Shown one piece after another: positions 28,148 through 38,356 of a stretch of DNA of 56,445 nt. How positions within the stretch are numbered: position 1 is the stretch's first letter; each line of letters begins with the position of its first letter. Made by a program: the position numbers and the translations under genes. This DNA is from an uncultured Desulfobacula sp. (GTDB lineage Bacteria; Desulfobacterota; Desulfobacteria; Desulfobacterales; Desulfobacteraceae): positions 1 through 56,445 of the forward strand of contig CAZAHK010000001.1 in the NCBI GenBank assembly GCA_964484555.1. Reading direction: 5' to 3'. The notes under the pieces were generated by a model. The model did no database searches. It saw only the letters and a program-made list of their open reading frames with translations, and was not told where the DNA came from.

Positions 28148-29641
28148 TTATGGCTGGACATCAATAAAAATTTTTCCGACTTCTTTTCCGTCCAACGTTG
28201 TTATCACATGGTAAATTTTACCCTTATTTTGCTCAGAGTACCGTTTTAACAGTGATCCTTCGGATATAGGAATCGCATACCCTCGATCTTCACCGCTATT
28301 ATTATCCAAATTGCCTACAAATCCTTTAAAATTTACAATATAGCGTGACGGATCAACTTTACCGGAGACAACGTCTTCAATGATCAATACATCTCCCACG
28401 CGTACCTTCACACGACTGTGATTATCAACAAATGCAGGCGTATTATTTATTCTGAGTTTATATTTTAAATCCGAAACTTCTTCAGTTTCGGTAATCAAAA
28501 ACGTGTTTGATGCCTTTGATGCCTGAGGATCAACATCAATGAACACGCTCCCGCATTTATAAAAATCCTTTTTCACTTCGATTCGGGTGGATTCATTGAC
28601 AACCAGTTGATTTTTCATATCATTAAATTGATTTCCCAACCCTAAAACATCAACACTGAGGCCTCGTTCATAATTTGCGACAATATCATGGACTTTAATG
28701 GTATCCCCCTTATTAATTTTCAAGCGCTGCATTTCTTCAACAACAACCGGAATCGAATTATTTACGGAAATGATCATATATTGCATTTCCGGTTTTTTTA
28801 AATCAATATTCGGATTTTTGGGAATGATCTCCAGGATATCCATGAATCCATTGATGGCATGGATATGCTGTCTGACTTTTTGCTCCAGAGGGAGTATCTT
28901 GGCGGATTCTATTCCAAAGGCCGGAACCTTGCAGGTATTGTAGGCATAATAAGTTGCGGACCTGAGCTGCTCCTTATGAGTTGAATCCGGATGATTGGTC
29001 ATGTGGTTATTCACATGAAAAAAATGTCTTTTGTTTTCGATACCCGCATTAATCTTTTCAACAACCCGCCCCGCCATCTTTTCAAGACTAACGTCTGTTC
29101 CCTGAAGAACAGAATTGTCGATAATGATGGATTGACCGAATTTTTCAGGGTTTCTTTCTTCACTCTCCCAATTCCGGGAATAAAAACCCGAACCTTCATG
29201 AAGATTCAAAAAACAATCGCTTTCACAGATGAGCTTTTTCAGAACACCGACAACCTTTGTTTCATAATTGGAAATATTATCATCCAGGAATTTTCGGTTC
29301 ATATCCTGATTAATCTGTCTTTCCATTTTCAAAATAGAGGGGAAGTTTGCCCTTGGGACTACAATGAGATTCCCTTTTTCAAGCAGGAAATCCGCATAAA
29401 AATCCGCTGCAAGATATCCCCCCGGCTCATCACCCTGAATACCGCCGATAATGAGCAATGTTTTCCCGGGTTGGGTCCCCTTGATCCGATACACATGGAG
29501 CTCATTTTCCTCACCTTCAAAAAAAACCGTGTGGGTCTTCTGGCTGGACAATGCTTGACCGCACAGAAGAAATGAACAGAAAAAGAGCAAAACAAGGATT
29601 CTCATTATAATTGAATTTTTTTTTCTCAAGGACTTACTCAT
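28148..29641 (-). CDS. Csd4/Pgp1-like (M99/M14 fold) peptidoglycan D,L-carboxypeptidase
   Basis: Signal peptide; GGIQGDEPGG, DMNRKF, LNLHEGSGFY, AFGIESAKILPL and beta-rich C-terminal domains; start 29641 or 29605. Confidence 0.82.
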   Translation of the reverse strand: MSKSLRKKNSIIMRILVLLFFCSFLLCGQALSSQKTHTVFFEGEENELHVYRIKGTQPGKTLLIIGGIQGDEPGGYLAADFYADFLLEKGNLIVVPRANFPSILKMERQINQDMNRKFLDDNISNYETKVVGVLKKLICESDCFLNLHEGSGFYSRNWESEERNPEKFGQSIIIDNSVLQGTDVSLEKMAGRVVEKINAGIENKRHFFHVNNHMTNHPDSTHKEQLRSATYYAYNTCKVPAFGIESAKILPLEQKVRQHIHAINGFMDILEIIPKNPNIDLKKPEMQYMIISVNNSIPVVVEEMQRLKINKGDTIKVHDIVANYERGLSVDVLGLGNQFNDMKNQLVVNESTRIEVKKDFYKCGSVFIDVDPQASKASNTFLITETEEVSDLKYKLRINNTPAFVDNHSRVKVRVGDVLIIEDVVSGKVDPSRYIVNFKGFVGNLDNNSGEDRGYAIPISEGSLLKRYSEQNKGKIYHVITTLDGKEVGKIFIDVQP

Positions 29642-30491
29642 CCTCAGTGATATCAATCAATTTTTTAAAAATAAGCTCGCCCTCACTATTAAAAATAAAA
29701 ATGGACGCCTTTTTATAAAAATCAGGATTGATTTCACTTTTTATTCTGAATTTTACCGGTTTAAAGTGCGCAATGGAAAAATACTGTCCCTTTTGATATT
29801 CTGATGGAATTCCACTTTTAAGAGCTGTGGCCGGTACAACAAGCCAGTCATTTTCAATGGTGCTGTCCGGTTTTAAAACTGTAAATATTCTTCCAGAAAC
29901 ATCTCCCTGATCTTTTGAAATATTTCTGATATCAAATCGTACCAATAGATCTTTTCCTGCCCTGTTCCTGATTACAGCAAATTTCTCAATTAGAACTGTT
30001 TTATTCATCGCTTTGGTTTCTGTTGTTTGGTTAGTGGCAGCCTCCATTGCCGCCTGGTCAGTTAAAGCGGCAACGGGAGGACTGACCGATTTTTCTTTTT
30101 CAGTTTCAGGCTGAGGATTTGATGCTTCTCCATCATGATTTTCCCTTTTTTTTTCGATACCCGGCTCTTTTCCAAGAATCACAAGTCTTGCCATCAATAC
30201 TTCTTTTTCGCTGGTCAATTCATCACATTTTTTTTCAGCCGAAATGAGGCGATCCTTATAGGAAAGCGCCTCCCGGGAGAAAACAAAAGATTTGTAAAAC
30301 AAAACAGTTGAAGTAAAAAACATCACAATGCTGATAAAAAATAAAACCATAAATATATTTTTTATATGATTGCCGGATATGACCTTTCCAAAATTGTCCA
30401 CAATCAAAATTTTTATTTTTCTATTCTTCCTGAAAGGTTTGGGTCTGGATTTGGCTATTTCTCGTTCCAGCTCTCTTGATATATCTTCCAT
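29634..30491 (-). CDS. Bitopic membrane protein: basic cytoplasmic N-terminus, TM helix, coiled coil, linker, beta-rich C-terminal domain
   Basis: KIKILIVDNFGKV before the TM; overlaps both neighbours; no catalytic motif recognised. Confidence 0.75.
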   Translation of the reverse strand: MEDISRELEREIAKSRPKPFRKNRKIKILIVDNFGKVISGNHIKNIFMVLFFISIVMFFTSTVLFYKSFVFSREALSYKDRLISAEKKCDELTSEKEVLMARLVILGKEPGIEKKRENHDGEASNPQPETEKEKSVSPPVAALTDQAAMEAATNQTTETKAMNKTVLIEKFAVIRNRAGKDLLVRFDIRNISKDQGDVSGRIFTVLKPDSTIENDWLVVPATALKSGIPSEYQKGQYFSIAHFKPVKFRIKSEINPDFYKKASIFIFNSEGELIFKKLIDITEDE

Positions 30492-31855
30492 GATCCGCCT
30501 TTGTTCGTCAGGTTTAGCTTTTTTACACCCTGGGTTGATAATCCGCTGGATTTATAGTCCTGAAAAAATACAACCTCGCATGTATCGTTTGTCTGCTTGA
30601 TTTGAAATTTCTTGCCGGTCACTTTAATAAATGCATTCTTCCCGGCAATGGTTTTCTTTCGTGCAACCCAATTTTTCTTGTTCATCCCGTCAGAATAAAA
30701 ATGATTCGCATAAAAAGACGCATATTTGTCCATATCTTTTGCAGACCATGCTGCCAACCACTGGTTGACTGTTTCCTGAACAAGCCGGGTTGCTGGAACA
30801 GGTTTTTCTTCCTTGACGGATTTTGATGCCGTTATCGGTTTTGTCTCCACTGACGGTTCCGGTTTTGAGGTTGGCTTGCCGGCTTTTAATGCGGCTGCAA
30901 TCAAAGGCGTTTGAGAAGCCATAAATTCCTTTGAGATATTTTGAAATGTCTCTCCAATAATTTTATAGGCTTGGCCTTTTTTTTCAAGAAACAATTTTCT
31001 TTTCCCTAACAGGATTTTTTCGTTGTCTTTTATTAATAAATAATCAAACAACGCCACAAAAACATTTCCCTGATAATAAATGCCGGTCTTGTCTCTTTCT
31101 ATTTTAAAGCTTGAACCGGTTCCCAAAGACTCTTTGCGTATTTGCATCCATTTTGTCCACCAGTCAATCTCCGGAAGGTATTCATCGGAATAATAGGACA
31201 AATACTCATGGTAGCTTCCTTTTTCAACGGATTGAAGCCATTGATCCAGCATGGAACTGATCTCTTGTTCATGTTTGGCAAGCGTTTCCCTGTCTATTTT
31301 CCTGAGCTCCTCGACCAGGATAACCGGAGTTGAGTCCAGAGTTATAGATTCCGCCAATTTTTGAATATTTGAATTTTCCAGTGCGATACACCCGTTGGAA
31401 TCCATGGGCTTTAAAACTTTATTGGTACCGTGTATCCAAATGGCTGAGCCGTCTCTGCCGAGTCTGTTATCCATCAGATTCGGATAATCCAGAGGAAAAG
31501 CTTTGGTTCCATATATCGGGGACAAGTATTGATCTTCATACTCATCCTTTAAAAAATAAATCCCCTCCGGTGTTTTTCGGTCACCGGCTTTCTGCTTCAC
31601 TCCTGCCGTTTCGCCGGTGGAACAGGGAATTTTATATTGGATCTGAACCTCACCGGCTTTGGAACGGTATAGGAACAGCATTTGATTTTTCTTTTCAATT
31701 AAAATGGCATTCTCGTTTTCCGGCAGCTTTATAATTTCAGATGGGTGGATATGGTCCTCTGCGAAAATTTCTGAACAAAATATAATACCGGCCAAGTATA
31801 AAATGAGCAGATATAACCCTAATCGTTTTTGTATATTTGTTTTCGTTTCCATCAA
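30455..31855 (-). CDS. Csd6/Pgp2-like YkuD-fold L,D-peptidase with two NTF2-like domains
   Basis: KQKAGDRKTPEGIY, YGTKAFPLDYPN, IWIHG, SNGCIALEN; two W...W...D...Y.S.Y-type NTF2 repeats ending WKIYQE. Confidence 0.85.
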   Translation of the reverse strand: MMETKTNIQKRLGLYLLILYLAGIIFCSEIFAEDHIHPSEIIKLPENENAILIEKKNQMLFLYRSKAGEVQIQYKIPCSTGETAGVKQKAGDRKTPEGIYFLKDEYEDQYLSPIYGTKAFPLDYPNLMDNRLGRDGSAIWIHGTNKVLKPMDSNGCIALENSNIQKLAESITLDSTPVILVEELRKIDRETLAKHEQEISSMLDQWLQSVEKGSYHEYLSYYSDEYLPEIDWWTKWMQIRKESLGTGSSFKIERDKTGIYYQGNVFVALFDYLLIKDNEKILLGKRKLFLEKKGQAYKIIGETFQNISKEFMASQTPLIAAALKAGKPTSKPEPSVETKPITASKSVKEEKPVPATRLVQETVNQWLAAWSAKDMDKYASFYANHFYSDGMNKKNWVARKKTIAGKNAFIKVTGKKFQIKQTNDTCEVVFFQDYKSSGLSTQGVKKLNLTNKGGSWKIYQESWNEK

Positions 31856-31876
31856 TCTTTGAAATAGACCCTTTGT

Positions 31877-32911
31877 TTATGGATAAAGCTTAAGATGATC
31901 AAATGCTTTCTCCGATGTTTTTCTGCCACTGGAGGTTCGAAGGACCAGACCGATTTTTAACAAAAACGGTTCAACCACATCCACCAGTGTATCGGTTTCT
32001 TCCTGCAAAGTTGCGGCAATGGCTTCAATCCCGACCGGACCTCCCTTGTAAAAATCCAGGATCGTTTTTAAATAATTTCTGTCAAGCGAGGTTAATCCCA
32101 GATGGTCTATACCCTCAAGACTGAGTGCAGCCTTAACACTTTCGAGGGTGACCCTCCCATGGGATTTGACCAGCGAATAGTCTCTGACCCTTTTTAAAAG
32201 CCGGTTGGCAATTCTTGGGGTCCCTCTGGATCTCTCGGCGAGTTCCTTTGCACCATCATCGGTAACAATGGTATTTAAAATAGCCGCAGACCGTTTGACA
32301 ATCACTATCAATTGGTCCGGCGAATAAAAATCAAGGGTACGAAAAATTCCGAATCGATCCCTTAACGGAGAAGACAACAGACCCACACGGGTCGTTGCTC
32401 CGATCAGAACAAATTGTTTCAGGCGATACCGATGACTTCTTGCATGAATTCCTTTATCAAATACAAAATCAACGGCAAAATCTTCCATGGCAGGGTATAA
32501 AAATTCTTCAACGATTTTTGGAATTCGATGGATTTCATCGATAAAAAGCATATCTCCCTCACCCAGATTGGTCAGAATCCCAATGAGATCTCCACCTTTT
32601 TCCAGGGTCGGCCCTGAAGTGACGGTCAGATTCTTACCCATTTCATTGGCAATGATATGGGACACAGTTGTTTTCCCCAACCCGGGTGGACCATGAAGAA
32701 GAATATGCTCCAGAGGTTCATTTCTCATCTTGGCTGCCTGAATGGCAATTTTCAGAGTTTCGACAGTATCTTTCTGGCCGATATAATCCTCAAAGCATAT
32801 GGGCCTTAAAGAAACGATATCGGAAGACAGTTCATCCTCCGTCTTTTTTGATGTGACAATCCCTTTTCTATCCGAATCATCAGAAGAATAAGAAAGTATT
32901 GAGTCTCCCAT
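31877..32911 (-). CDS. ruvB: Holliday junction branch-migration ATPase RuvB
   Basis: [34 protein letters not shown]. Confidence 0.98.
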   Translation of the reverse strand: MGDSILSYSSDDSDRKGIVTSKKTEDELSSDIVSLRPICFEDYIGQKDTVETLKIAIQAAKMRNEPLEHILLHGPPGLGKTTVSHIIANEMGKNLTVTSGPTLEKGGDLIGILTNLGEGDMLFIDEIHRIPKIVEEFLYPAMEDFAVDFVFDKGIHARSHRYRLKQFVLIGATTRVGLLSSPLRDRFGIFRTLDFYSPDQLIVIVKRSAAILNTIVTDDGAKELAERSRGTPRIANRLLKRVRDYSLVKSHGRVTLESVKAALSLEGIDHLGLTSLDRNYLKTILDFYKGGPVGIEAIAATLQEETDTLVDVVEPFLLKIGLVLRTSSGRKTSEKAFDHLKLYP

Positions 32912-32913
32912 AT

Positions 32914-33543
32914 TTATCGGTTCTCCTGATAAATTTCATCAAACAGTTCTTCAGGTGTTGAAATCGCCCGGTTTCTTTCAAAGGCTTCCTTGACCATCCT
33001 TTTTGCCGATGCAAGGGAATGGCCCAGTTGTTCTACCAGAACATCTTCAACCTGCTGACGGATATCCCTGATATCATCGGTCATAGGAGGAGGGTCAGCC
33101 GAGTCATGGCCTTCAACAACAGAAATAAATCTTTCAACTTTTCCATTCAGGGTTGCTATGATTTTTTCAGCAGTTCGTTTTCCGATTCCATTCAACCCTG
33201 CTAAAAAATGGGTGTCTTTTTTTTCAATGGCCAGTGCAATATCACTTATGGGCTTACCCATAGCCTTTACCGCTTTCATGGGGCCGATGGCATCAACAGT
33301 GATAAATTCCTGAAAAAAAGCTTTATCCTCAAGGGATTGAAAACCGATTAGAACCGGTTTGGGCTGACGTTCGGTCTGATGATAATAAATGTAGAGCTCA
33401 ATAATGTCGTTATGGGAATTTTCTGATCTGATTCTCTCAAGAACCTGAGGGTTCAGGAATACCTCATAGCCGATATGCCCGGCCAATAATAAAATACCGT
33501 CCGAGTCAAAATGCAGAATGGATCCTTCAAGGTATCCGATCAT
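32914..33543 (-). CDS. ruvA: Holliday junction branch-migration protein RuvA
   Basis: MIGYLEG, IGYEV, HhH motifs AIGPMKA and [10 protein letters not shown]. Confidence 0.93.
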   Translation of the reverse strand: MIGYLEGSILHFDSDGILLLAGHIGYEVFLNPQVLERIRSENSHNDIIELYIYYHQTERQPKPVLIGFQSLEDKAFFQEFITVDAIGPMKAVKAMGKPISDIALAIEKKDTHFLAGLNGIGKRTAEKIIATLNGKVERFISVVEGHDSADPPPMTDDIRDIRQQVEDVLVEQLGHSLASAKRMVKEAFERNRAISTPEELFDEIYQENR

Positions 33544-34025
33544 GGTCTGTTTTTATACCTGTAGTACCCTGTTAACGCCAGGCCCAATGCGTCTGAAGCA
33601 TGAAAAGGGCGGATGGGCTGACCATGGTTCAACTGGTTTCGAATGGCCCGTTCCATCTGGTGCTTGTCGGCATTTCCGTTTCCGGAAATGATTTTCTTTG
33701 CCTCACGGACAGGGATCTCTTCCATATTTAAGCCTGCCTTATGGACGGCCAGCAGAATTACCCCTGACACTTTGCCGAGCATAATACCGGATTCAGGATA
33801 TTTTTCAAGGGAGTAAATATCCTCTATGATCACATAATCAGGTTTCTGTTCGCAGAGAAATTCCAGGATTTTGGAATAAATCTCGTTAAGCCTGAAATGA
33901 ATCGGATCTTTTGCCTCTGTTGCGATACTGCCAAAAGAATACCCCAGAATATCCTTCTGACTTCCCTGGATGACACCTATCCCTGTACCTGCAAGACCCG
34001 GATCAATCCCTACTACTTTAATCAT
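33540..34025 (-). CDS. ruvC: Crossover junction endodeoxyribonuclease RuvC
   Basis: GIDPG, GNGNADK, HASDALGLA. Confidence 0.95.
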   Translation of the reverse strand: MIKVVGIDPGLAGTGIGVIQGSQKDILGYSFGSIATEAKDPIHFRLNEIYSKILEFLCEQKPDYVIIEDIYSLEKYPESGIMLGKVSGVILLAVHKAGLNMEEIPVREAKKIISGNGNADKHQMERAIRNQLNHGQPIRPFHASDALGLALTGYYRYKNRP

Positions 34026-34038
34026 GGGAATAATACAT

Positions 34039-34932
34039 TTACTGTAAGCTTTTTAATTTTTCCTTAGCAAATTTTGCCTCATTTGAATCCGGATGTTTTT
34101 TCAGCAATTCATTAAGGATTAGCCTTGCATTGGCTTTTTCACCCAGCTCTGCAAATGCATATCCTTGTTTAAGCCTTGATGCGGCAGTCTTATTGCTCTT
34201 TGGATAATTTTCAAGAACTTTTTGATATTCAAGGATTGCTTTTTCAAACCATTTTTCCGAATAATAGCTTTCGGCAATCCAGAATCTTGCATTACCCGCA
34301 GTATCAGCTTTTGGATATTTTTTTATAAACTCTTCAAACTGGTTGCGTGCATTGGCTTTATCCCCCTCATCGAACATTTTTTTGGCAACTGCATATAATT
34401 CCTGTTCTTCATTCTCGCTTTTAGGTTCCACTGAAGCCGGAGGTCTGTTTTCAGCTTTGTTTTCATCTACCGTCCTATTTTCAGAAGATTTCTCTCCCGG
34501 GGAGGTATCTACCGCACGGGATGGTTCAAGGCCTAGATACTTTTCCAGCTCAACCAATTTTTCATAATTCTGGGAAATTGCATTGTCTAATCTTTCGAGT
34601 CGCTTTTCAAGCTCTTCCTTATCCTTTTTACTGTAATTTCCAAGATTATGATTCATTTCTTCCAAAGCGTTCTCAAGCCTTTGATTATTTTCTTTCAGGA
34701 CCTTAATATCGTATTTCATATCCGCATAATCTTCAGGCCTGATTCCTTCTTTTACTTTTTCCTGGATGGTTTCAATCTCTTTATCTTTTTCACTTTGTGC
34801 ATTTAATTGTTTTTTCCTTTCCATTTCCATTGCAGCCACCCGGTTTTCAAGGGCTACAAATTTTTGGGGTTCAACACATCCGTAAAAAACAAGGAAACCG
34901 ATTACAATACAAAAAAAACGATAAATTTTCAT
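34039..34932 (-). CDS. cpoB: Tol-Pal associated TPR protein CpoB/YbgF (lipoprotein signal)
   Basis: FYGC lipobox-like start, coiled coil, TPR motifs NARFWIAESYY and LKQGYAF; follows pal. Confidence 0.9.
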   Translation of the reverse strand: MKIYRFFCIVIGFLVFYGCVEPQKFVALENRVAAMEMERKKQLNAQSEKDKEIETIQEKVKEGIRPEDYADMKYDIKVLKENNQRLENALEEMNHNLGNYSKKDKEELEKRLERLDNAISQNYEKLVELEKYLGLEPSRAVDTSPGEKSSENRTVDENKAENRPPASVEPKSENEEQELYAVAKKMFDEGDKANARNQFEEFIKKYPKADTAGNARFWIAESYYSEKWFEKAILEYQKVLENYPKSNKTAASRLKQGYAFAELGEKANARLILNELLKKHPDSNEAKFAKEKLKSLQ

Positions 34933-34965
34933 AAACCAACTCCACCAGTCAAAAGGTCTTAATGA

Positions 34966-35006
34966 TTCAGGCGCAATACTTTATCTATTAAAGCATTACG
35001 CCTGAA
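34966..35006 (-). terminator. Long stem-loop after pal
   Basis: 18-bp stem, fully paired (with G-U) only on the minus-strand transcript. Confidence 0.6.
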
Positions 35007-35029
35007 CGTATTAACGAATATCCAATCGA

Positions 35030-35584
35030 CTACTTAACGGCAAAATGAGCGCGCCTGTTCATAGCCCAGGCGAGTTCTGTTTTTCCTGTATCAACTGGTT
35101 TTTCTTCGCCGTAACTGATGGTGTTCATGCGGGATGCTGCTATGCCCAAGTCTACCAGGTAGGCTTTTACAGCAGTTGAACGACGGTCACCCAAGGCAAG
35201 GTTGTATTCGGTTGTACCGCGTTCGTCACAATGACCTTCAATGGTGACTGCTGCGGAAGCATTTTCGGTCAACCAAGCGGCTTTATCTTTTAACAAAGCT
35301 TTTGCAGCGGCTGTCAATTCTGAACTATCAAAATCAAAATGGACGTCCTCGTTTTCAAACGCTTTTCTTGCTGCAGCTATCTTTGCTGCTTTTTCTTTTG
35401 CTGCTTTTTCTGCGGCAAGTCTCTCAGCTTCAGCTTTTGCCTTTGCATTAGGATCTTCTGTGGTTGCTGCGCCTGATACTGTACCGGCATCAGAAACAAC
35501 TGCTTTCTTTGCACATGAAACCGTCAGAAAAAGACCTGAAACAAGAACTGCCATCAATACATTTAACCAAAATTTGTTTTTCAT
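35030..35584 (-). CDS. pal: Peptidoglycan-associated lipoprotein Pal
   Basis: TVSC lipobox, VHFDFD, IEGHCDERG..EYNLALG, ISYGEEKP. Confidence 0.97.
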   Translation of the reverse strand: MKNKFWLNVLMAVLVSGLFLTVSCAKKAVVSDAGTVSGAATTEDPNAKAKAEAERLAAEKAAKEKAAKIAAARKAFENEDVHFDFDSSELTAAAKALLKDKAAWLTENASAAVTIEGHCDERGTTEYNLALGDRRSTAVKAYLVDLGIAASRMNTISYGEEKPVDTGKTELAWAMNRRAHFAVK

Positions 35585-35610
35585 TTTTTCCCCCTTTTAA
35601 TTATTAAATA

Positions 35611-36960
35611 CTACATACCTTCTCTTGTACTATCTGAAATTGACCAGTCCGGCTGGGTCTGCTTGCCATTTATGCTCAAAAGCCTCCTTTGGTCGGTCCC
35701 TGACGCATTCATGACAAAGATCCTTGGTATATCCCCTTCGCGTGTTGACGTAAAGGCCAACATACTTCCATCAGGTGACCAGACCGGATCTTCATTATCA
35801 CCTGAATCCGCAGTCAACTGAACCGGAACGCCTGAGTCAATACTCATAACAAAAATATTGATTCGATTCTTTTCTATGCCCACATAGGCAACTTTTTTAC
35901 CATCCGGACACCAAGCCGGCGAGGTATTATTCAAACCCTCAAACGTCAGCCTTTTAACACTTCCGGATCCAATATCCTGAATATATATCTGGGGAGTTCC
36001 TGCACGTTTTGATGTAAACGCAATTTTCTGCCCGTCCGGTGAAAACTTTGGTGATACATCAATCCCCAAACTGTCAGTTAATCTTTTAATCACTTCTCCA
36101 TTGATGGTCAATAGATAAATTTCCTGATCCCCTGAAAAACTTAATGCGGCTGCAAGTTTGAGCTGGCCCGGCATCCAGTCCGGCGAGATATTCATTCCTT
36201 TTAAATTAACGATAGCCCCCCGATTTTCTTTAAGATTCTTAATATAAAGATCTGGTTTTCCCTTTGCATAGGAAACATAAGCCAGCCATTTCCCATCCGA
36301 TGACCAGGATGGAGAGAGGCTGATACTTTTATGCGAGGTAATCTGTTTTATATTCTGTCCATCAAAATCACAAGTAAATATTTCCTTATTCCCATCTACG
36401 GTTGAAACAAATGCCATTTCAGTATTGAAGACTCCGTATTTTCCTGTCAGTGCAAAGGATATTTCACTGCAAAACATATGAATCATTCTTCGGATCTGTG
36501 ATTCGGGGCCGGTATATACCTTCCCCACCAGAAGCTTAGAATTAAATGTGTCAAAAAGCCGCAATTCAAATTTAACATTTCCCGGACTTTCAACAAGGAC
36601 TCCGCCTGTTATTAATAATTCCGCACCTATACCGGTCCAGTCTCTGAAATTGATTTCAGAGAGCTGGATTCCGGATTGAGCCGGATTGGCCAGAAATGCA
36701 ACCGGGTCCATGGTTTTCAGATAGCCTGTAAAATTCAATGCCTCATTGAGTATCTGAACTGCGGTTTTCCCATCCCTTACTTCTTCCGCACTGTTGCTAA
36801 AGGCTTTAAAGTCCGGCACGGCAATGGGTGATTTTTTCAACAACGGATTGCTGATATTGATATAGGTAACCCCATGGCAAACCGGCACCCAGAAACACAC
36901 GATAAACAGAACACAAAATATACCCTGTGAAGCATTTTTTTTCATCATAAAAAAGACCAT
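35611..36960 (-). CDS. tolB: TolB beta-propeller protein
   Basis: PIAVPDF, repeated SPxWSPDG (PD40) motifs, operon context. Confidence 0.95.
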   Translation of the reverse strand: MVFFMMKKNASQGIFCVLFIVCFWVPVCHGVTYINISNPLLKKSPIAVPDFKAFSNSAEEVRDGKTAVQILNEALNFTGYLKTMDPVAFLANPAQSGIQLSEINFRDWTGIGAELLITGGVLVESPGNVKFELRLFDTFNSKLLVGKVYTGPESQIRRMIHMFCSEISFALTGKYGVFNTEMAFVSTVDGNKEIFTCDFDGQNIKQITSHKSISLSPSWSSDGKWLAYVSYAKGKPDLYIKNLKENRGAIVNLKGMNISPDWMPGQLKLAAALSFSGDQEIYLLTINGEVIKRLTDSLGIDVSPKFSPDGQKIAFTSKRAGTPQIYIQDIGSGSVKRLTFEGLNNTSPAWCPDGKKVAYVGIEKNRINIFVMSIDSGVPVQLTADSGDNEDPVWSPDGSMLAFTSTREGDIPRIFVMNASGTDQRRLLSINGKQTQPDWSISDSTREGM

Positions 36961-36982
36961 ATTGTTTTTAAGTATTAAAATT

Positions 36983-37927
36983 TTATTTCAATCCTTGGGG
37001 GGTAAAAATCACCCCCAGATCATAGGAATACATTCCTGCCGGTAAAGGCTTTAAAGGATTGATCTTCAAAATCGCTTTTTTTGCAGATTCATCCAGATAT
37101 GGATTCCCTGATCGCGTCTCAAAGATAATATCCCTTATTTCTCCGCTTTTCATAATTTTGATAATAATCCTAACCTCCAGATTCCGGTCCATTCTGGCAA
37201 GACTCTCATTAAACACCCAATTCTGCTGGATTCGAGATCCAATCTCCATCAGATAAATCTGTAAAGGAGTGGAACCGCCTATCCCAGTTCCTTCCGGAGA
37301 TCCCCCTTTGCCTTCACCCGATCCCCCGTCTCCTTGCCTTGATTTGCCCTGTTCTGCAACCTTCTTGCGCAGACGGCCTAGGATTTCGGACATATTGTTC
37401 TCATCCGCTTTATCATTAGATTTAGCCGTTGTTTTTGAGGCATCGGTTTCCGGCTGTTGAGATTTTTTATCGATTTTTTCCTCTTTTTTCTTTTCCTCTT
37501 CCTTGTTCTTTTTTTCCTGTTCTGCCAAAAGGTCTTTTAAATTTTTAGGTTTCGTTTTTAAACTGATATCCGGTTTGATAACAGGGGGCGGCTCCTCTTT
37601 TTTTACTTCAGTCGGCTGGACAGGTGGCCCTGCTTCCTGATTTTCGCTTTGTATCTCTTCCTTGCCGTCCTCAATCTCCTGACCACCTCCACCCCCTCCC
37701 GGTTTATCCGACCCTAGAATCGGTGAGAAAGAAACAAGGTCGATCTGAATGACCGGAGGCATGGATCTGGCAAAATGAAAATCCTGAAAAAAAATAAGGC
37801 TGCTGAAAAACAAACCATGAACCACAATCGAAACAATTAAAAAAACAATCCCGGTTCTTCTGTCCTGGTCCATTGAGGATGATTGAAGAGACGCCTTTTT
37901 CTTTTTGAAACTTTCCAGGGAACTCAT
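36983..37927 (-). CDS. tolA: TolA
   Basis: TM with SIVVH (SHLS-type motif), Lys/Glu-rich linker, SGNPYLDESA TonB_C domain. Confidence 0.88.
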   Translation of the reverse strand: MSSLESFKKKKASLQSSSMDQDRRTGIVFLIVSIVVHGLFFSSLIFFQDFHFARSMPPVIQIDLVSFSPILGSDKPGGGGGGQEIEDGKEEIQSENQEAGPPVQPTEVKKEEPPPVIKPDISLKTKPKNLKDLLAEQEKKNKEEEKKKEEKIDKKSQQPETDASKTTAKSNDKADENNMSEILGRLRKKVAEQGKSRQGDGGSGEGKGGSPEGTGIGGSTPLQIYLMEIGSRIQQNWVFNESLARMDRNLEVRIIIKIMKSGEIRDIIFETRSGNPYLDESAKKAILKINPLKPLPAGMYSYDLGVIFTPQGLK

Positions 37928-37936
37928 ACCTGTTTA

Positions 37937-38356
37937 TCAGGACTCATCTTCATTATCCGGCAGCGTGATCATCCCAAGACTGTCAACACCTGCCTTTTTG
38001 ATCTTGGAAATAACATTAACGACTATTCCATAGGGAATCTCTTTATCAGCCTTGAGATATACATCCTTATTTTCTAAGTTTTCAAGTATGGCCGTAAGTT
38101 TCTGGGTCAGAAATTCAACACTGACAACCTGCTCATTGATATACACTTTCATTTCATTATCAATGGAAATAATCAGGCGTTCCTCGCTGCTTTTTAAGGC
38201 TTTTGCAGTCGCTTTGGGCAAATTAACATCTACCCCCTGTACCATCATGGGGGCCGTCACCATAAAAATGATCAGAAGCACCAGCATGACATCCACAAAA
38301 GGGGTGACATTGATTTCAGACATGAATTGACCATTACCTGAACCTGCTTGCATCAT
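37937..38356 (-). CDS. tolR: TolR
   Basis: SEINVTPFVDVMLVLLIIFMVTAP, LKADKEIPYG. Confidence 0.95.
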   Translation of the reverse strand: MMQAGSGNGQFMSEINVTPFVDVMLVLLIIFMVTAPMMVQGVDVNLPKATAKALKSSEERLIISIDNEMKVYINEQVVSVEFLTQKLTAILENLENKDVYLKADKEIPYGIVVNVISKIKKAGVDSLGMITLPDNEDES

